DNA of 64,000 nt from NCBI GenBank assembly GCA_001600815.1, contig BCKZ01000015.1, forward strand, positions 124,001 to 188,000, written 5' to 3'. Shown piece by piece: positions 58,001-64,000 of the stretch. Origin of the DNA: Alloascoidea hylecoeti. Taxonomy: Eukaryota. Position 1 is the first letter of the stretch, and every line of letters begins with the position of its first letter. Made by a program: the position numbers and the translations under genes. Under the pieces are notes generated by a model. The model did not search any database. It was given only the letters and a program-made list of their open reading frames with translations, and had not been told where the DNA came from.

Positions 58001-60276
58001 TCGAGGATCCAGAAATAAGATTCAAAGCTAAGACTCAATTACTCTACCTTCTATTCGATCCACATCCTAAAATTTATGAAAATAATAATAAAAATAAAAT
58101 AAATGGTATTGAAGAACAAACTTCTTTCCCATATTTGCGATTATTATTGAATTTTAATAGTCTGGAAATGTTTTCAACAATAAACGAAGCATTTGAGGAT
58201 GAATTAATGAATGAAGATCAAATTCAAGAGATTAATGATGTTAATAATGATACAAAGCAAAAAGGGATGATTGTTAGTAGACAATATATCACAAATATTT
58301 TGCTTGATCTTGTGCTTGAAGATTCCGAAATACTTAGTGAAGATGATAATATCAATTTATCAATATTCATCGCAAGAAATTATCCTAAATATCCACAATT
58401 TATTATTTTAGGAGATTCAACGTTAAGGAAGTTACTTTTAAATTTATGTCAGTGTTCAAATGATGATAGAAAAGAAGATCGTGAATTGAGTTTACTTGGA
58501 TTATTAACACGATATCATCCATCAGATCTAGAATCATTTATTGGATTATTTAAAGAAGCTCATTTCACACAAGTTCTAAGACAAATATATAGAACTGAAA
58601 AACATTATTCTGAGTTATTGAAGTTGATGCTTGCGGAAGATTTTTCTTTTAAAACACAATCAGCTGGAGGTTTATTAAATGGGCCTTTTCAAGAAGATCT
58701 GATTTCTAATTTAATGGAAGCAATTAAAACATCGTTGATTGATACAGAATCAGATTTATATAGTCAAGAACGTCGAGATGTGGAGAAAATTTTGATTGAT
58801 AAATTTCAATATTTGGTAGAGCTGTACCCAAGTGCGTTTGCACGATTATTTAACCAACATAATCCAAGTCTTCATCTCCAAATTTTTAATATTAAAGATA
58901 ATAAGTTCGTACAATATATTTATCTAAAAGAGCTTCAAACAATACTAGAGGAAGGAAGCAATAAAACTCACTTCATTAAAGATGAAACTCCTAAGAACAT
59001 ACATAGAACTCTTATTTTATATATTGGGTTAATGTGTCAATATGACCCATCTAGTGTCTATAGTTTTATCAAAAAACAAACTCTCAAGACTTTAAAAGTT
59101 GATGAATTATTGGATCCATTAAGAAAAGCGAGGGATCTTGAATCGATTGTATTCTTGTATCGGTCTGAAAATAGAATCTCGGATGCTATGAATGAAGTTG
59201 TGATATTTTTAGAAACTAGTGAGACTAATATGATGAATTTATTAACCACCACAACCAATGATGATGTTGTGACATTGGATTACAAATTTAGTTCTATTGA
59301 AAGAAGTTTATGGAAATATTTAGATATTGGCGCTGAACTTTGCACACTAGATACATTTAAAGAGTATAAAGAAGAACCTAAAACAATTAATAAAGGAAAA
59401 AGAAAAGGTAAAGGAAAAGGTAAAGGGAAATCAAAGCAATCAGAAAACGCTATAACACCTCTTTATCCATCTGAGAATATGTGGTTACGTTTAATGCAAC
59501 ATTCCGTTAGCATTCTAAACAAGGTAACAAATTTATCTAAAGAATCAATTACAAACCTTGAATTACGTGGAAAAGCCCATGATATGTCAAAAAGATTTTT
59601 ACAAACAACATTTACAAGATTAATTAATAGTAAATCTAATATTTATACACAAAATCTTGATAAATCAATGAAACAATTAACTGAAAAAACAGGATATACA
59701 GTAATTAAATTTACACATAGTCAAACATTTTTAAGAATTTTTTCAGAATTTTTAAATCAATCATCAATTGAGAAAGATGGGAAAACAATAAGTGCAACAT
59801 TAGGTGATATTCGAACAGTTTTAAATGAAATATTTCTTGCATATTCTTATGAAAGTCATATGCTAAATATCACTTTAAAACTTGTAAATGAAGATATTTA
59901 TCGCGATTTGGTTCTTTTAACATCTGAAAGAGTAAGAGGTTGGAGAGTTAATAGTTCAGAATGTGAAGCATGTGGCAAAAAGGTACTTGGAAAAGGTGTT
60001 GAAGAATCTGTATTTTGTGCCTGGGAAGACAAAAAACGTTCTGCTATTCATTTACTTTTAAATGAAGATGGAGGTCAAGGTCAAGGTCAAGATCAAGATT
60101 CAAAATCGGTAAACTCAAAGGCAACTTCAAACAGTTCAAGTACAATTTCAGCTCGAGATTTAAATGGAAGTCAACTTGTTCTATTTAAATGTAATCATAT
60201 TTATCATTTACAATGTTTGAGAAATCTAGGACAGAGAGATAACTTCCTTTGTATAGTTTGCTCTGTTAACAATTAG
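55038..60276 (+). CDS. VPS8: CORVET subunit Vps8; exons 55038-55535 and 55627-60276
   Basis: 91-nt intron (GTATGT...CACTAAT...TAG, phase 0). PWDTMRWIKLRKI, WD40 region (IGTSKG, LAVSADS), LSNWADRL, ARNYPKYPQF and a C-terminal RING-H2 (CEAC...CNHIYHLQC...CIVC). Confidence 0.92.
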
Positions 60277-60383
60277 ATTAATTGACTTTGAATTATTATA
60301 AAACATATCTAGATTCACATTTCATTTACATTTTATTCATTTTATTTAACTCGCGATATTTCTCTCATCAATAACAAACAAGC

Positions 60384-60440
60384 TAAAGCTTAAAGCTTAA
60401 AGCTTAATTAAAATTTAAAATTTAAAATTTAAAATTTAAA
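60384..60440. repeat. Compound heptamer repeat, (TAAAGCT)3 followed by about 4 TAAAATT units
   Basis: Read directly in the convergent VPS8/NUP60 intergenic region. Confidence 0.8.
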
Positions 60441-60682
60441 GGGAAAATACAAAACAATAAAACCACACCGACCAATTGTGAAAGATTCGACAAAATGAAC
60501 ACTGTCATAAACATATGATTTGATTTGTTTAATTATTATTATCAGAGATATTATATTGATGAAATATATGAACAATAACACTTCTTGATTATTTCACCCT
60601 TTCATTTGCATTTGTGATATTCACCACGATCATTCCTTTCATCATGTAGAATTAATTAATCCAAATAATATGTAACTGCAAA

Positions 60683-62401
60683 TTAAAACACAAATTCCTT
60701 TTTATAAAAATCAACTTCAGTTTTATCGTAAATGGTATCTGATCCAGTATGGGCAACAGAAGGGAAAACATAATCATCAACATCTTTGACAACTGAAGCG
60801 CCATTACCTACCGAGTTATTCTTAATAGTTGTGGTAGGTTTGATAAATGAATGTTCGACCGGCGCGGGAGCAGGAGCAAAAGCAACCTTTGTTGTAGTAG
60901 GCTTAAATGAAAAGGCAACGGGAGGAGTTTTATCAAAAGGTTGAAATTGAGGGGAGTCAAGAGTCGACAATGATGGGATTTGAGGAGCCATCAGAGCAGG
61001 AGTAGAATGTGTAGTTGTAAGAGGTTTACTTCTGAATCGACTGGGTGTTTTTTGTTCAAGAGTAGTATGGGGTTTAAACAATTCCTTGTGTTCCTTTAAA
61101 TTAGGTTTGTCTTCATTAGGAATAGGAATAAATGATTTACGTAAAGAAGACGATCTCGCTGGTTTGTAGGACAATGCTTTTGATTTATCATGTGGTAAGG
61201 TTCGTATAACCTCCTGTATCCCACTAGAACGAGGAGAAGGAGCGGATTTATTATTGCTGTTACTATTATTATTGTTATGATCATTGTTGCTGCTGCTGCT
61301 GCCATTGCTATTTGTAGAATTGGTATTACTAATTGGAGAAACAGCTTTTGAAGTAGCTTTGGGTTCTGTCCTTGAAGGTGTCTGTTTAGAAGGACTTTTA
61401 TGTAAAGCAAGAGACCTCCGCGTTGATTTTCTATCACGTCTGGAAACAGGGCTCAAAGCATAAGGATTCGTTAATGGCTTTTGAGCATTCTTAGGTGACA
61501 ACTTTCTCTTTGGTTCTTCTTTCTCGTCGGTATTTTCTAATAAAGCAAGAAGTGTACTTGCAGTTTGACTTAACCGCTTGGTACTATCATGTGCATTGCT
61601 TTCATCCTCGACAGCTCTTCTCTTTGATGGAGAAAGTTCAAGTTTATCGGAGATTTGCTGTGGCTTTTGGGATATACGATAAGGAGATGGGATTGAAGAA
61701 TATTTAAAAGATCTTCTCTTCTCAGGCGAGGTGGTTCTTCTCCTTGGGGAAGGTTTAGAAGTATAAATAGGATTATAACCAGGAGTAGTCGATACCAAGT
61801 TTTCTTGAGGAACAATGGTACTTCTGCGCTGAGGAGTTGTCTTAAGTTTGATTGGAGATTTCTGGACAGGTGAAAAACTAACAGGATTAATAGTTGGAGG
61901 AGATAAAACAGTTGGATCTGAACTAGCAGGACTGTGTACCTTGCGAATTAAAGACAACACGCCCTCAGTTTCAATTTCCGTCAATGGTTCACTACCTTTT
62001 TTCTTGAAAAATTCAGCTAGCTGCACGTTTGGGGACAACTCGGGCTCCCCGTGATTAAACCTGTCTGTGGATGTATGCAACAACGAAAGTTTTGAAGCTG
62101 GCGTGGCCGGGGTTTTCACAGCATGACTCTTCTCGTGACTGCTCTCGCCATTGAAGTCATGGCCACCATCTGATAAACTCGGGTATAATGAACGGGATGG
62201 AGAGGATCCGTTCTGTTTTGGCTGGTTCTGAAGTTGACTTTTTTCATCCGTCCCAGACTGTTTTTTCACAGGAGACAAGATGCTCTTAATCTTGGAAAAA
62301 AGGCCACCAGAGAACGAACGGGCAGCAGGCTGTGGAGAATCATAAGGCGTGGTGGATCTGTCTGCGTACCGTGAAGTAGACGCGACTCTTCGAGAGCTCA
62401 T
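60683..62401 (-). CDS. NUP60: Nuclear basket nucleoporin, Nup60-like
   Basis: TTPY motif, amphipathic GLFSKIKSIL, helical PNVQLAEFFKKKGSEPLTEIETEGVLSLI, LSQTASTLLALLE, YKPARSSSLR and C-terminal FYKKEFVF. Neighbours are VPS8 and TFC3, as in S. cerevisiae. Confidence 0.78.
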   Translation of the reverse strand: MSSRRVASTSRYADRSTTPYDSPQPAARSFSGGLFSKIKSILSPVKKQSGTDEKSQLQNQPKQNGSSPSRSLYPSLSDGGHDFNGESSHEKSHAVKTPATPASKLSLLHTSTDRFNHGEPELSPNVQLAEFFKKKGSEPLTEIETEGVLSLIRKVHSPASSDPTVLSPPTINPVSFSPVQKSPIKLKTTPQRRSTIVPQENLVSTTPGYNPIYTSKPSPRRRTTSPEKRRSFKYSSIPSPYRISQKPQQISDKLELSPSKRRAVEDESNAHDSTKRLSQTASTLLALLENTDEKEEPKRKLSPKNAQKPLTNPYALSPVSRRDRKSTRRSLALHKSPSKQTPSRTEPKATSKAVSPISNTNSTNSNGSSSSNNDHNNNNSNSNNKSAPSPRSSGIQEVIRTLPHDKSKALSYKPARSSSLRKSFIPIPNEDKPNLKEHKELFKPHTTLEQKTPSRFRSKPLTTTHSTPALMAPQIPSLSTLDSPQFQPFDKTPPVAFSFKPTTTKVAFAPAPAPVEHSFIKPTTTIKNNSVGNGASVVKDVDDYVFPSVAHTGSDTIYDKTEVDFYKKEFVF

Positions 62402-62592
62402 TTTCCTAAGATATCGATTTGCTTGGAGAAAGAGAAAAGAAGAGATTTCGAATGTTTTTGTTTACTGCTTAAAATGCTTTTTTTTATATCCACTACCCAT
62501 TACCCGGCAACTGGATGCCCTAAATCATCATCCATCAGGAATATATTCGCAAACAAAAGAGGTTCACTAAAAAAATTAAAAACTAACATAAA

Positions 62593-64000
62593 ATGAGCAG
62601 TGATACTGTTATTCCAATAGACGAGCTTGTTGACTTTCTATTGGAAGCTGTGGCATTTACAGGATATGAGGGTATGCCAGTAACCATCGTGTAATTGTGT
62701 GCTAGGCTGATGATACTAATTATTGACATTTAGGCTGTTCCTTGGAAAAACTATGGTCTTTTACTTCAGAAAAAGTGCCTGACCTAGATGATTGGCTCAA
62801 AAGTGTAATATGGCGAGCACTCGTGTCTCAATATAGAGACGTGTTTGTCTTCAACGATGACAAAATGGTATGTTTTCCTTCTATCTTGTAAGTTTGTGGA
62901 AACTAATACTAATTTCAATTATCTTAGATTGAAGATAAACAACTTATAAATGATGTGAATAATCTTATACTAAAATATGGCCAAAATATACGTGTTCTTA
63001 CAACAGAAGAAAAGCAATGGAAATCGTTAACATATATGCAAAAGGAAGGAAATCCAATCGGAACATATCCATTTCATTTATTATGTCATATAGCCAGTGC
63101 AGGCCCAAAAGGTATTAGCGGTATTAAGCTTGCTTCACAAAGTGGTCAAGATCCTCGATCTTTATTTAGTAGAATAAAACTTCTAATTGATTATGGTCTT
63201 GTTACAAAGCAACCGTTTGTTTATAAACAAGCTAATACTTTTATATATTATCATTCAACATTTGAAAAGGAAATAAAGTCAGCTGCTCCTGGTGGGAGCG
63301 AATACACAAGAAAGATTTACGAGGCTGTTAGATCTAGTGAAAATCAAATCATATTATTTTCCGATCTTAAAAGGCAGGTTGGTTTCGACCCATCAAATCC
63401 TACTAAATTTGGAAAATCAGTTAGAAGGTTAGAAGGATTGGGATTTTTTAAAAGAGTTAGAGCTAGAAAACCAAATGAAAACCGTCAGTATTATTGTGTT
63501 CAATTAATTCGTGATATAGAAGGGGAAGACGAATTAGAATCTGAAAGTGATTTTGATGATGATAATAATATTGAAGATGAAGAATTAATTAATGAAGAAC
63601 AAAATGCTGATGACAATGATAATGATGCCGGAGGAGAGACAACTCCATTAGGTAACTCTTTTACAATTGCACCAGAAATTGAAAATATAAATAAAAGTTC
63701 CCCACAATACTCAACTTCACTTCAGCTTTATAATCGTTTTTACCCTTTAGAGAATCAATTATATGAACTAGTAAAACAAGATAAACATGGTATATCAACA
63801 ATGAAAATAGTTCGTGCTTCTGTTGGAATTGGATTCTACAGAATTTTCCAAAAAGTGTTGGATGGGTTTTGTTTTACCGAACAACTCCAATCAAATCAAC
63901 CCCCTCATTTAGATCACTTGACTATTACAAGAAGTTATGATTTTAATTCAAAGGTCAAATTCTTTAGATATTTTTCAAACTCACAGATTAAAGAATTACA
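62593..64000 (+). CDS. TFC3: TFIIIC B-box-binding subunit (tau138), partial and running off the window; exons 62593-62671, 62734-62867 and 62928 onward
   Basis: DELVDFLLEAVAFTGYEG|CSLEKLW; TTEEKQWKSLT; FHLLCHIASAGPKGI...SGQDPRSL; YNRFYPLENQLYELV...GISTM. Two GTATG...TACTAAT...TAG introns. Absent from the ORF track. Confidence 0.85.

Overview
AT-rich nuclear DNA from an intron-rich budding yeast (Saccharomycotina, probably an early-branching lineage; standard genetic code judged from CTG codons at conserved Leu positions). I reconstruct 25 protein-coding genes, 13 of them spliced (22 introns, mostly 53-102 nt), several missed or fragmented by the ORF track. In order: a small TPR protein, EFM3, SDS23/24, an M20D amidohydrolase, ASE1, a Whi5/Nrm1-family gene, RPS0, RSM27, CCH1, a PET54-like gene, a 5-exon RidA, TED1, MIM1, RTG2, PRM10, SET3/4, PAM16, SLO1, an orphan, CIT1, a second orphan, HNM1, VPS8, a NUP60-like gene and the 5' part of TFC3. 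There is also one intronless tRNA-Pro(UGG). The most notable signal is two decayed, 5'-truncated, A-tailed fragments resembling the ORF2 C-terminus of L1-clade non-LTR retrotransposons. They are stacked head-to-tail immediately downstream of the tRNA and in the same orientation, which suggests a tRNA-gene-targeting LINE. Other highlights are a RidA ending in a peroxisomal SKL on its own exon, a 13-nt micro-exon in CCH1, an 11-bp-phased TGCTGC array in a divergent promoter, a 90-bp MIM1/RTG2 head-to-head gap, and three blocks of apparent synteny with S. cerevisiae. All family assignments come from recalled motifs; no database searches were run.
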